Of a stretch of 28,532 nucleotides of DNA, positions 7,891 to 17,092 are shown one piece after another; the first letter of the stretch is position 1; every line of letters starts with the position of its first letter. The notes below the pieces were generated by a model that saw only the letters and a program-made list of their open reading frames with translations, was not told where the DNA came from and ran no database searches. The stretch is from Bacteroidales bacterium. Lineage in GTDB: Bacteria; Bacteroidota; Bacteroidia; Bacteroidales; VadinHA17. The stretch is from the NCBI GenBank assembly GCA_020353115.1, contig CP070687.1, positions 1 through 28,532 of the forward strand. Direction: 5' to 3'. The translations under genes and the position numbers were made by a program.

Positions 7891-9678
7891 TTAGTCCAGT
7901 TTAAGTACGGCAAGGAATGCTTGCTGAGGGACCTCCACGTTGCCAACCTGCCGCATTCGCTTTTTCCCTTTTTTCTGTTTTTCCAGGAGTTTCCTCTTAC
8001 GGGTTATATCCCCACCGTAACATTTGGCCGTCACATCTTTTCGTACTGCTTTAACCGTTTCCCTGGCAATAATTTTTGCACCAATCGCCGCCTGAATTGC
8101 AATATCAAACTGTTGTCGCGGTATCAGGTCTTTAAGCTTCACACATATCCTCCTGCCAAAATCATATGCATTATCCTTATGGATCAGGGTTGACAGGGCA
8201 TCAACCATTTCACCGTTCAGCAAAATATCCAGTCGGACAAGGTTTGCTTTCCGGAAACTTGACTGGTAATAGTCAAATGAAGCATATCCCTTCGAAATGC
8301 TTTTAAGTTTATCATAAAAGTCGAATACGATTTCGGCGAGGGGCATTTCAAATGTAACCTCTACCCTGTCGCTTGTCAGGTAGACCTGGTTTTTCAAGGT
8401 GCCTCTTTTGTCAATGCATAATTTCATAACGGAACCGATGTATTCCGATCTTGATATGATCGAAGCGGTAATATATGGTTCCTCGATACAATCGATTGTA
8501 GTGATTTCCGGCAATCCCGAAGGATTATGAACCTCGATAATCTCTTTCTTCTTTGTATATACCTTGAAGGATACATTAGGAACCGTTGTGATTACATTCA
8601 TGGCAAATTCCCGGTCAAGACGTTCCTGGATAATTTCCATATGAAGCAAGCCAAGGAATCCGCAACGAAATCCGAATCCGAGCGCTGCCGAAGATTCCGG
8701 CTCATAGGACAGCGATGCATCGTTTAGCTGCAGCTTCTCCATCGCAACGCGCAGCTCTTCATAATCATCAGCATCTACCGGGTAAATACCGGCAAAAACC
8801 ATAGGTTTAACATCCTTGAAACCCTCAATAGCTTTCTCACAGGGATTTACAACATGCGTAATGGTATCCCCCACTTTTACCTCTTTTGAACTTTTAATCC
8901 CCGAAATGATATATCCAACATCGCCCGTCCTGAGAACATTCCTGGGTTCCATTTTTAATTTCAAAACACCGATTTCATCTGCATGATATTGTTTACCGGT
9001 TGCGACAAATTTAACATGGTCGTCGGTTCGTATCTCTCCATTAACTACTTTAAAATAAACATGTATGCCCCGAAACGAATTAAATACCGAGTCAAAGATC
9101 AGGGCTTGCAGCGGAGCATGGGGATCACCCTGTGGTGGAGGGATTTTTACTATGATCTCCTCCAAAATGCGGTCTACACCCAAACCCGTCTTTCCGCTTG
9201 CTTCTATAATATCCTTCCGTTCACACCCCAACAGATCAACTATCTGGTCCTTGACCTCTTCAGGCATCGCAGCTTCAAGATCCATTTTGTTAAGAACAGG
9301 TATTACTTCAAGATCGTTATCGATCGCCTGATAAAGATTGGAAATGGTCTGGGCCTGGATCCCCTGGGTGGCATCAACAACCAGCAGCGCTCCTTCACAT
9401 GCAACAATGGATCGCGATACTTCATAGGAGAAATCCACATGCCCTGGGGTATCTATAAGGTTCAGGAAGTAACGCTCATTACCCGATCTGTACTCCATCT
9501 GGATGGCATGACTCTTTATGGTTATACCCCTTTCCCTCTCCAGTTCCATACTGTCAAGAACCTGATCCTTAAAATCCCTTTCAGAAAGCGTATTCGTTTT
9601 CAATAGCATTCTGTCAGCCAGAGTACTTTTACCGTGATCTATATGTGCAATAATGCAAAAATTCCTAATGTTCTTCAT
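7891..9678 (-). CDS. lepA: Elongation factor 4 (LepA)
   Basis: [55 protein letters not shown], and C-terminal [23 protein letters not shown]. Confidence 0.98.
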   Translation of the reverse strand: MKNIRNFCIIAHIDHGKSTLADRMLLKTNTLSERDFKDQVLDSMELERERGITIKSHAIQMEYRSGNERYFLNLIDTPGHVDFSYEVSRSIVACEGALLVVDATQGIQAQTISNLYQAIDNDLEVIPVLNKMDLEAAMPEEVKDQIVDLLGCERKDIIEASGKTGLGVDRILEEIIVKIPPPQGDPHAPLQALIFDSVFNSFRGIHVYFKVVNGEIRTDDHVKFVATGKQYHADEIGVLKLKMEPRNVLRTGDVGYIISGIKSSKEVKVGDTITHVVNPCEKAIEGFKDVKPMVFAGIYPVDADDYEELRVAMEKLQLNDASLSYEPESSAALGFGFRCGFLGLLHMEIIQERLDREFAMNVITTVPNVSFKVYTKKKEIIEVHNPSGLPEITTIDCIEEPYITASIISRSEYIGSVMKLCIDKRGTLKNQVYLTSDRVEVTFEMPLAEIVFDFYDKLKSISKGYASFDYYQSSFRKANLVRLDILLNGEMVDALSTLIHKDNAYDFGRRICVKLKDLIPRQQFDIAIQAAIGAKIIARETVKAVRKDVTAKCYGGDITRKRKLLEKQKKGKKRMRQVGNVEVPQQAFLAVLKLD

Positions 9679-9708
9679 CGGAAATTTAGCTCAACCAGAA
9701 ATAAGCTA

Positions 9709-9716
9709 CAAAGATA
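9709..9716 (-). promoter_or_regulatory. -7 box (TATCTTTG) upstream of lepA
   Basis: Plus strand CAAAGATA, 30 nt upstream of the ATG at 9678. Confidence 0.55.
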
Positions 9717-9763
9717 TTCATTTCGGAAAAACAACTATACGGAAGGCTGGAATTCAGGGTGGA

Positions 9764-10582
9764 TTATTCTTCTTCTCCGCTATCGATAAGTCCCAATTCA
9801 GACAAGCTCACTGTTTTATAATTGGAGGGCGGGAGAAATTCTGATATATCAAAATCCTCTTCCCGCATTTCAACTACTTCATTAACGGTTTGATAACCAT
9901 ACTGATAATCTTTGGTTTTGAGAATAAAGTAATCATCCAAAATCCGTCCATATTCATCCGTAGCTTGATAAAACAACTCATTCTCAAAACCTTCACTCAG
10001 TTTTCTCTGAAAATTGACAAACTTCCGCAGATCCAGATTAGGTAATGTATTCAGGTTTTCAGCGATCCAGATATCCTCTTTGAGCACTCCGTTTAAAAAA
10101 ACCTGGTATTTTAAAACCTCATAACCAATAATCGTATCCTTTTCTGCAGTTTCTCTAATGAATACATCCAGAACGGAAGAAGTATCAGGATCTTCCATTA
10201 TCTTCATCATATTTTGAAATAATTTTCTTGCCTGTTCCTGTTGGTCTTCCGGTAATTTCTCGACTTCTATCTCGATCATTAGTTTCAGTGTCCGGTTTAC
10301 CTCTTCCCAGTATTCTTCAAGGGTGCCCGACCAGTACATATGGATCTCCGGTCTCAGGAATGTGACCCTGTTATCATTCAGGTCAAAAATCGTGACAAGG
10401 TCATTCGTTACCTGTTTTACCATGTTGTCTTCAATATATATAAGGTAATTGACCACCTGTTCTGTGTCCGTATCATAGGATTTATAACGGATAATCCATC
10501 CGGCATTACTGTCGGTCGGGAGCATAAAGAAAACGAATAATATGCCAGTAATGAATGTTAAATTTCTCATCTGACGTATCAT
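9764..10582 (-). CDS. Exported hypothetical protein, DUF4412-like
   Basis: Signal peptide (..ILFVFFMLPTDSNA), beta-rich N-terminal half, ETAEKDTIIGYEVLKY..EDIWIA, and ending FLPPSNYKTV as typical of DUF4412/GLPGLI-like proteins. Alternative start at 10570. TAAATTTG box at 10591-10598 (minus strand). Confidence 0.65.
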   Translation of the reverse strand: MIRQMRNLTFITGILFVFFMLPTDSNAGWIIRYKSYDTDTEQVVNYLIYIEDNMVKQVTNDLVTIFDLNDNRVTFLRPEIHMYWSGTLEEYWEEVNRTLKLMIEIEVEKLPEDQQEQARKLFQNMMKIMEDPDTSSVLDVFIRETAEKDTIIGYEVLKYQVFLNGVLKEDIWIAENLNTLPNLDLRKFVNFQRKLSEGFENELFYQATDEYGRILDDYFILKTKDYQYGYQTVNEVVEMREEDFDISEFLPPSNYKTVSLSELGLIDSGEEE

Positions 10583-10680
10583 TGTGTTATCAAATTTAAA
10601 GATATTTCCTGAAATATTGGTATATTTAATAGGATATTAAATTGTCCCATTCAATGCTTTAATATTCAATTATTCGACAA

Positions 10681-11976
10681 ATGATGAAGACAGACAGACG
10701 TCAATTTTTAGCCAATTCGATTGCCGCTGCCGGTGCGGTAGCAGTCGGTTCCTTTCTCAACAAAACCTTTGGCAGGGATCTGCCGGGATCCCTGATTAAC
10801 AACGATTTTCAACCTCCCGTTAACATGGTAACGGAAGAGGAATTCTGGTACTGGATCCAGCAATCATTTACAGCCTCACCCAATGTAATGAACCTGAATA
10901 ATGGTGGAGTATGTCCTCAACCCAAAGTGGTCCAGGATGCTTTCGAACATTACAACAGGGTCAGCAACGAAGGGCCGGCCTACTATATGTGGCAGGTAGT
11001 TGGAGAAGGAAGGGAAGCTGTCAGGAAAGATCTGGCCCGCCTGGCAGGATGTTCACCGGAAGAAATAGCGATCCAACGGAATACTACAGAAGCACTTGAG
11101 ACGGTTATCTTCGGCATGAACCTGAAAAAGGGAGATGAAGTTGTTCTTACCAGACAGGATTATCCAAATATGATCAATGCCTGGAAACAGAGGGAGAAGA
11201 GGGATGGGATTGTGCTGAAATGGATCAACCTGCCCCAGCCGGTTGAGGATGACGATCTTATCGTAAAAGCTTACGAAGATGCATTTACCTCAAGGACCAA
11301 GGTTATCGAGATCATGCATATGATCAACTGGTCTGGCCAAATCCTTCCTGCAAGGAAAATAGCACGTGCTGCACATAAACAAGGCATCGACGTTCTGGTG
11401 GATGGTGCCCACACTTTTGCACACCTCGATTTTACCATCCCCGATCTGGAATGTGAATATTTCGGTACCAGTTTGCATAAATGGTTATATGCTCCTTTCG
11501 GAACAGGTATGCTTTATATAAAGAAGGATAAGATCGGGGAGATCTGGCCTTTGACCGCCCCCGGAGAACCTGAAAGTGATGATATACGTAAGTTTGAAGC
11601 AATGGGTACCCGGTCATTTCCTGCCGAACTGGCCATTGGTAAGGCGATCGACTTTCATCATATGATCGGCTCCGCAAGAAAAGAAAACCGTTTGAATTTC
11701 CTGCGTAACTATTGGATGGAGAAAATCAGGGATATTCCGAAAATCAAATTCTATACTTCATTTAAACCGGAGTATGCCTGTGGGCTTGGTAACTTCGCAA
11801 TTGAAGGAATGACACCGGGTGAGTTACAAAAAATCCTATTCTCAAAGTATAAGATCTTCACGGTACCAATTGATTGGGAAAACATTTATGGCGTAAGGAT
11901 AACTCCCAATGTATATACGACACCTGCGGACCTCGATTATTTCGTTGAAGCGGTAAAGGAGATAGCTGCCGGATAA
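10681..11976 (+). CDS. Tat-exported aminotransferase class V-fold PLP enzyme (CefD/isopenicillin-N epimerase / cysteine desulfhydrase-like)
   Basis: Twin-arginine signal DRRQFL plus hydrophobic stretch. NLNNGG, RNTTEAL, LVDGAH, PLP-lysine motif TSLHKWLYAPFGTG, and VRITP near the C-terminus. Confidence 0.85.
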   Translation: MMKTDRRQFLANSIAAAGAVAVGSFLNKTFGRDLPGSLINNDFQPPVNMVTEEEFWYWIQQSFTASPNVMNLNNGGVCPQPKVVQDAFEHYNRVSNEGPAYYMWQVVGEGREAVRKDLARLAGCSPEEIAIQRNTTEALETVIFGMNLKKGDEVVLTRQDYPNMINAWKQREKRDGIVLKWINLPQPVEDDDLIVKAYEDAFTSRTKVIEIMHMINWSGQILPARKIARAAHKQGIDVLVDGAHTFAHLDFTIPDLECEYFGTSLHKWLYAPFGTGMLYIKKDKIGEIWPLTAPGEPESDDIRKFEAMGTRSFPAELAIGKAIDFHHMIGSARKENRLNFLRNYWMEKIRDIPKIKFYTSFKPEYACGLGNFAIEGMTPGELQKILFSKYKIFTVPIDWENIYGVRITPNVYTTPADLDYFVEAVKEIAAG

Positions 11977-12074
11977 AACCCGTGTCCTGAGTGGCTAAAA
12001 TACCTGAAATGTATTGGGTAAGGATCTGTTCGCCGGGTTCAACGATAAAATCGGAGCTTGCTTATAAATCCCTC

Positions 12075-14267
12075 TTATTCCATCACAATTTTTTTGTGAT
12101 ATTCCCTGTCCCCGGTTCGTATTTTTAATATGTAAATTCCTCCCGGCAGGTTCAGGTTGTCAAGATAGATCCGGTTGATACCTTCCGTAAAAAAGGTACG
12201 TTTCCCGCAGACAAGTTTGCCTGTGAGGTTGTACAATTGAATATCCGCTGCAGCAAGACCGGGTTGATAAAATTCAACAGTTATCCGGTCGTTTCCGGGA
12301 TTTGAAAAAATTCGGACCGGATCATCTGTAATTACGGGTACGGAAACCGGTGTGTATGTAAATTCAAATGTTGCATTATCCACAGCATTCCCACTTCGAT
12401 CCTCTACCAGATTAACCGTAAGAATATGGGTTCCTCCCTGCATGCCTGCAATACTAAGGCATACACGAGTATCTTCATATAAATAAACTCCGGTGACGGA
12501 AATGTTGTGGTTCAGTGTATAGTTCGAGGGATTCTGGGAAGAAACGGAATCCAGTTTTTCATTAAAATCAACCATTAAACAGTTGGAATCCAGCACCTGT
12601 ACATTCATGATCTGTGGCGGACTGGTATCCTCCACCTCCCCGAAATCATTCATGTCTCTTACAAGGATCTGGTAATCGTTGCCATACTGGCTGACAATGC
12701 CGGTAATATTCACCACTCCCGACGGAACTTCATGGCCTGCCAGCCGTGAATCATGGCGTGAAAAAAGCACCATGTTTCCTGTACCATCGCTAAATGAAAA
12801 GGTATTATCGCTATTATCAATAACGGTACCTCCATCCGCAAACTGGCAGTTACCGATCTTTACCAGCATTCCTTCGTATTCTTCTCCGATCTGGGAGATC
12901 GTAAGATCAAGTGTCTCGGGTTCCCTGCTGATGGAATAAGAATAGAGATAACTTATATTTTGAAGTTCTGTAAGATTTTGATATTCTGTTACATCGCCGG
13001 TAACAACGATACTGTCTCCAATTCTTCCCCTGCTGTTCGATCCGAATATACATAATCCGCTATACGGATCATCCGAATCCTGGATATAGAAAGTATTATC
13101 GAAGTTACCGGTAACGATTCCGGCAGTTGTTACCGTTTGGGAAAGGAGCGGGCTTGAATTTCCCGTACCCTGTATCTCCTTTATGCCTGTAATCTGTGCA
13201 GGGGTAATACCGGATGGGAACAGATGGGTTCCCCTCTGCACTCCGGTAGTGGTTCCGTTTGTGGCCACTATCTTGAAATGAAGGTATTCACCCTGGCTGA
13301 ATCCGGAAAGGTCCATTTCTCCCGAATAAATATTCCCGGAGGATACCATCTCCACATGGTTTGTTTCCGCATCATGGGTGTTACCCCAATAGAGTGATAC
13401 ACTGTTTAAAGCCTGTCCGGATGATATACTGGCAGTAATTGTTGCATTATGGCCTGCCTCCGGATAGAACGGATTCATAGACATACTGTCGATCGTTATT
13501 CCGGAAGGTATTCCTCCATCCCAAATCAGATCAGCATATTCCGGGTGGTCGATGAAAGGATTCCTGTTATGCTGTGATTGAAAAATCCGTTCATTCCTTC
13601 TCCGTTCGAAATCCGATGGCGGGAAATTCCTGTTCCACTGGATCAGGGTGGATAATTTCCCATGCCGGGGAGTTCCTGCAGTGTTAACCTCATCCACGAC
13701 CTCAAGATCCATTTCATCCACACTCCCTTCATACCTGACAGCCATATAAAAAATAATCCTTGCTACCTGCCCCTTAACGGCATCGGCGGGTTCAAACCGG
13801 CTAACCGTATAATAGGTGCCGGGTGCCTCATCTATTTCTGTTCCTGTAGACGAGCAATTATCAAAATCGAGATTACTTCTTTGCAGGTTAACAGATGCAT
13901 CGGCCGGCCTGAGGTTGAATGCGTCACCATCCATCGGCCGGATTCCTTCAAAATTTCCATGCGATTTTGCCCAGACATGTTCCCGGTTTATATCATCTTC
14001 TCCCGTGCCATAGGTTTCCGCATTCTGGGAACGCTGTGTATAAAAAAGTATTACATTATTTTCGTCATTCGGGTCAGCATCGGAATAATTGATAATATAT
14101 TTGGCCTGTGAATAGGAAAAGTCAATATGTCCTTTAATGATATCATTTAAAACGGATTTCAGATCACTACCTGTCTTACTGCCCGTACCGTTATAGTATC
14201 CGGCAGGTTGTGCCATACTTAATAATACAGGCAGCAAAAAAAATATGGAGATACCGGTTTTTTTCAT
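12075..14267 (-). CDS. Secreted endonuclease I-family nuclease with OB-fold/Ig-like modules and T9SS C-terminal sorting domain
   Basis: Signal peptide ..LLSMA-QP. NREHVWAKSHG, NLRPADASVN..RSN, KGQVARIIFYMAVRY, RNERIFQSQHNRNPFIDHP. OB-like modules FYIQD..YSGL and YEGMLVKI. C-terminal IQLYNLTGKLV...LPGGIYILKI..KKIVME. Confidence 0.9.
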   Translation of the reverse strand: MKKTGISIFFLLPVLLSMAQPAGYYNGTGSKTGSDLKSVLNDIIKGHIDFSYSQAKYIINYSDADPNDENNVILFYTQRSQNAETYGTGEDDINREHVWAKSHGNFEGIRPMDGDAFNLRPADASVNLQRSNLDFDNCSSTGTEIDEAPGTYYTVSRFEPADAVKGQVARIIFYMAVRYEGSVDEMDLEVVDEVNTAGTPRHGKLSTLIQWNRNFPPSDFERRRNERIFQSQHNRNPFIDHPEYADLIWDGGIPSGITIDSMSMNPFYPEAGHNATITASISSGQALNSVSLYWGNTHDAETNHVEMVSSGNIYSGEMDLSGFSQGEYLHFKIVATNGTTTGVQRGTHLFPSGITPAQITGIKEIQGTGNSSPLLSQTVTTAGIVTGNFDNTFYIQDSDDPYSGLCIFGSNSRGRIGDSIVVTGDVTEYQNLTELQNISYLYSYSISREPETLDLTISQIGEEYEGMLVKIGNCQFADGGTVIDNSDNTFSFSDGTGNMVLFSRHDSRLAGHEVPSGVVNITGIVSQYGNDYQILVRDMNDFGEVEDTSPPQIMNVQVLDSNCLMVDFNEKLDSVSSQNPSNYTLNHNISVTGVYLYEDTRVCLSIAGMQGGTHILTVNLVEDRSGNAVDNATFEFTYTPVSVPVITDDPVRIFSNPGNDRITVEFYQPGLAAADIQLYNLTGKLVCGKRTFFTEGINRIYLDNLNLPGGIYILKIRTGDREYHKKIVME

Positions 14268-14394
14268 ATTATCGTGTGAAAAGCTCTCGAACCCGGAATA
14301 ACTGTAAAGATAGATTTATCTATTACCGATATCAATAAAATAATGTGGATTTCGTAACGAATGAAATACGGATCGGATCTGGCATCACAGGGAA

Positions 14395-15147
14395 TCAGGT
14401 AAATCCTAGTTTCCTAATTTTCTCAAGATCTTCCGGAGTATCAACTGAGATGCTTTCATGTTCAGTAATTGAGACTTTGATACGGTATCCGTTTTCCAGC
14501 CATCGGTTCTGCTCCAGCGACTCGGCCAACTCCAGTTTTGATGCTTTCAGCCCGGTAAGTTCTCTTAAAACAGCTGCCCGGTAGGCGTAAATCCCGATAT
14601 GTTTGTAAAACGTATGGACTGAGGTCCAGGAGGATTGGTCCATATTTTGTATATGAGGAATGGGTGAACGGCTGAAATACAATGCTTCACCCTTCCGGTT
14701 TATCACCACTTTTGGAATGTTGGGATCGAAAAGTTCATCGCCTGAATCAATGGTCTTCGCGAGGGTGGCAATTTGGATCTCAGGACTGGTGAAAGAAGAC
14801 ATAAGATCCTGTATTTGTGAAGGATGGATAAATGGTTCATCTCCCTGAATATTGATTACAACATCGGCTTTACCCTTTCCATCTTCCAGAATATGTTCCA
14901 GTGCTTCCGCACATCTGTCCGTGCCGGTTTTATGTTCGGGTGATGTCAGAACTGCAATTCCATTGAAATTTCTGACCTCACGGGCAATCCGTTCATCGTC
15001 GGTTGCAACCACGATCCGGTCCAGTACCTTGGATGCCTGTTCATAAACACGCCGGATCATCGGTTTTCCTCCGATATCTGCCAGCGGTTTGCCTGGAAAT
15101 CTTGAAGAATGGAACCGTGCAGGGATAATACCTAAAAAATGAATCAT
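14395..15147 (-). CDS. kdsB: 3-deoxy-manno-octulosonate cytidylyltransferase (CMP-Kdo synthetase)
   Basis: IIPARFHSSRFPGKPLADI, TGTDR, INIQGDEP, ALYFSRSPIP, HIGIYAY, ESLEQNRWLENG, SVDTPEDLE. Confidence 0.97.
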   Translation of the reverse strand: MIHFLGIIPARFHSSRFPGKPLADIGGKPMIRRVYEQASKVLDRIVVATDDERIAREVRNFNGIAVLTSPEHKTGTDRCAEALEHILEDGKGKADVVINIQGDEPFIHPSQIQDLMSSFTSPEIQIATLAKTIDSGDELFDPNIPKVVINRKGEALYFSRSPIPHIQNMDQSSWTSVHTFYKHIGIYAYRAAVLRELTGLKASKLELAESLEQNRWLENGYRIKVSITEHESISVDTPEDLEKIRKLGFT

Positions 15148-15291
15148 TTCCTCTTACTGAGAATTCAGGTTTCTGCTAAGGTAAGGAATTTATCCAATAC
15201 ACTCCATATCAACCAGGTAATTCATTTTACAGTTTTTAAATTATTAAAAAATCTCTAATTTCGCAGATGGCTTCATCTTATCGGAAGAGAT

Positions 15292-16521
15292 ATGCAGGAT
15301 GTACAGAAAATAAAGCAGCGTTTTGGAATTATCGGAAATTTCATAGGTCTGAACCGGGCTATTGATATCGCCGTTCAGGTTGCACCAACGGATCTGTCGG
15401 TACTTATTTCAGGGGATAGCGGGACAGGCAAGGAAGTATTCCCTCAAATCATACATAATTTCAGCGCCCGTAAACACGGACAGTATATTGCTGTCAACTG
15501 TGGTGCCATACCGGAAGGTACGATTGATTCGGAACTTTTCGGACATGAAAAGGGTTCCTTTACCGGCGCAACCGATAGCCGTAAGGGTTATTTTGAAGTA
15601 GCCAACGGCGGTACGATTTTCCTTGATGAAGTTGCTGAACTTCCTCTGGCAACCCAGGTCAGACTGCTCCGTGTTCTCGAAAGCGGAGAATTTATTAAAG
15701 TCGGATCATCCAAAGTCCAGAAAACAAATGTCCGTGTAATCGCTGCTACAAATGTGGATATCCTTTCATATATCGAGTCCGAGAAATTCAGGGAGGATCT
15801 TTTCTACCGTTTGAATACCGTACCGATTATGGTTCCCCCACTCAGGGAACGGGGAAACGACATCCATCTGCTGTTCAGGAAATTTGCAAATGACTTTGCC
15901 GAGAAATACAGAATGCCGGCAATAAGCCTTGATGACCAGGCACTTCAGGTGCTGCTTAGCTACTCCTGGCCCGGTAATATCCGGCAACTGAAAAATATTA
16001 CGGAGCAAATTTCCGTTATTGAACGGAACCGTGTCATCGGTGCCGAAATCCTGAGAAGTTACCTTCCCGATTATCAGGGAGTGAAATTGCCGGCACTGGT
16101 CCGTAAGGAAGACAATAAATCATTCGCATCCGAACGTGAGATTTTATACAAAATTCTCTTCGATATGAAAAACGATGTGAATGACCTTAAAAAACTGGTA
16201 TTTGAATTACTGGAAAAGGGATATGAAGGTGTAGATCTGAGTGATAGCAACGAGCAGCTTATCCGGAAATTGTATAAAGGTTCAGACAGAGTGTATAAGG
16301 ATGAACCGGTCTCTCCCGTGGAGGTCAAACCTGAAGTGGATGAGGCAATTCAGGATACGGAAGAGATTATTGAGGAATCCCTGTCACTCGTCGACAAGGA
16401 AATTGAATTGATTAGAAAAGCCCTGGAGAAACACCATGGAAAGCGAAAACATGCAGCCAGCGAATTGGGGATCTCTGAACGGACTCTTTACCGGAAAATA
16501 AAGGAGTACAATATTGACTGA
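15292..16521 (+). CDS. Sigma54-interaction (AAA+) domain protein with Fis-type HTH and no N-terminal sensor/receiver domain
   Basis: Walker A GDSGTGKE, ELFGHEKGSFTGA, Walker B FLDEV, FREDLFYRLN, WPGNIRQLKN, and C-terminal ASELGISERTLYRKIKEY. The AAA+ domain starts at about residue 10. Confidence 0.92.
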   Translation: MQDVQKIKQRFGIIGNFIGLNRAIDIAVQVAPTDLSVLISGDSGTGKEVFPQIIHNFSARKHGQYIAVNCGAIPEGTIDSELFGHEKGSFTGATDSRKGYFEVANGGTIFLDEVAELPLATQVRLLRVLESGEFIKVGSSKVQKTNVRVIAATNVDILSYIESEKFREDLFYRLNTVPIMVPPLRERGNDIHLLFRKFANDFAEKYRMPAISLDDQALQVLLSYSWPGNIRQLKNITEQISVIERNRVIGAEILRSYLPDYQGVKLPALVRKEDNKSFASEREILYKILFDMKNDVNDLKKLVFELLEKGYEGVDLSDSNEQLIRKLYKGSDRVYKDEPVSPVEVKPEVDEAIQDTEEIIEESLSLVDKEIELIRKALEKHHGKRKHAASELGISERTLYRKIKEYNID

Positions 16522-16534
16522 ATGCAACGGGAAA

Positions 16535-17080
16535 ATGAATAAACGGGTAATAACCACAAAACATGCTATATTTGCCCTAATAATCGCCGGCGGACCGATT
16601 ATTGCCGGTACAGGATGTAAAGTGAGTTATTCGTTTACGGGTGCCTCCATTTCTGCGGATGTAAAAACGATCTCAGTACAGTTTTTTCCGAACCGGGCTA
16701 ATCTGAGCGGCGGCATCATTCGTGCTGGTTTTGACCAGGAATTTACCGATGCATTGAAAGATAAATTTAAGGCTCAGACAAACCTTGAATTTGTCAATGA
16801 TATTGGTGATGTAAACTTTGAAGGTGAGATTGTAGGTTATAAAACCTCACCCATGGCAATTACCGGAAATGAAACAGCTGCACTGAACCGGTTTACCGTT
16901 TCAGTTCGCGTGAAATTTACCAACGCTTTTCAATCCGACCTGAATTATGAGAGCGTATTTACACGTTATGAAGATTACGAAAGTTCAAGGGATCTGAGTG
17001 AGGTGGAAGATGAACTGCTGGAATCCATTCTTGAACAAATAACTGAAGATGTTTTTAATAAAGCATTTGTAAATTGGTAA
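16535..17080 (+). CDS. lptE: LptE-family LPS-assembly lipoprotein (Bacteroidota type)
   Basis: Signal peptide ending GTG-C, then KVSYSFTGASI..KTISVQFFPN..FEGEIVGY..RFTVSVRVKF..QITEDVFNKAFVNW. Conserved position after the sigma54-type gene. Start at ATG 16535 preferred over TTG 16514. Confidence 0.8.
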   Translation: MNKRVITTKHAIFALIIAGGPIIAGTGCKVSYSFTGASISADVKTISVQFFPNRANLSGGIIRAGFDQEFTDALKDKFKAQTNLEFVNDIGDVNFEGEIVGYKTSPMAITGNETAALNRFTVSVRVKFTNAFQSDLNYESVFTRYEDYESSRDLSEVEDELLESILEQITEDVFNKAFVNW

Positions 17081-17092
17081 CTTTACATCCTG

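Noticed and set aside
4010-9844. Many 60-207-aa antisense or alternative-frame ORFs over the plsA-like gene and lepA (also over groEL, cstA, DeoR and the kinase)
   Set aside because: Shadow ORFs of well-supported genes, with no domains or independent expression signals.
11998-12008. AAATACCTGAA shared with 23401-23411, both in convergent gaps
   Set aside because: An 11-bp match is expected by chance in 28 kb, and the flanks do not align.
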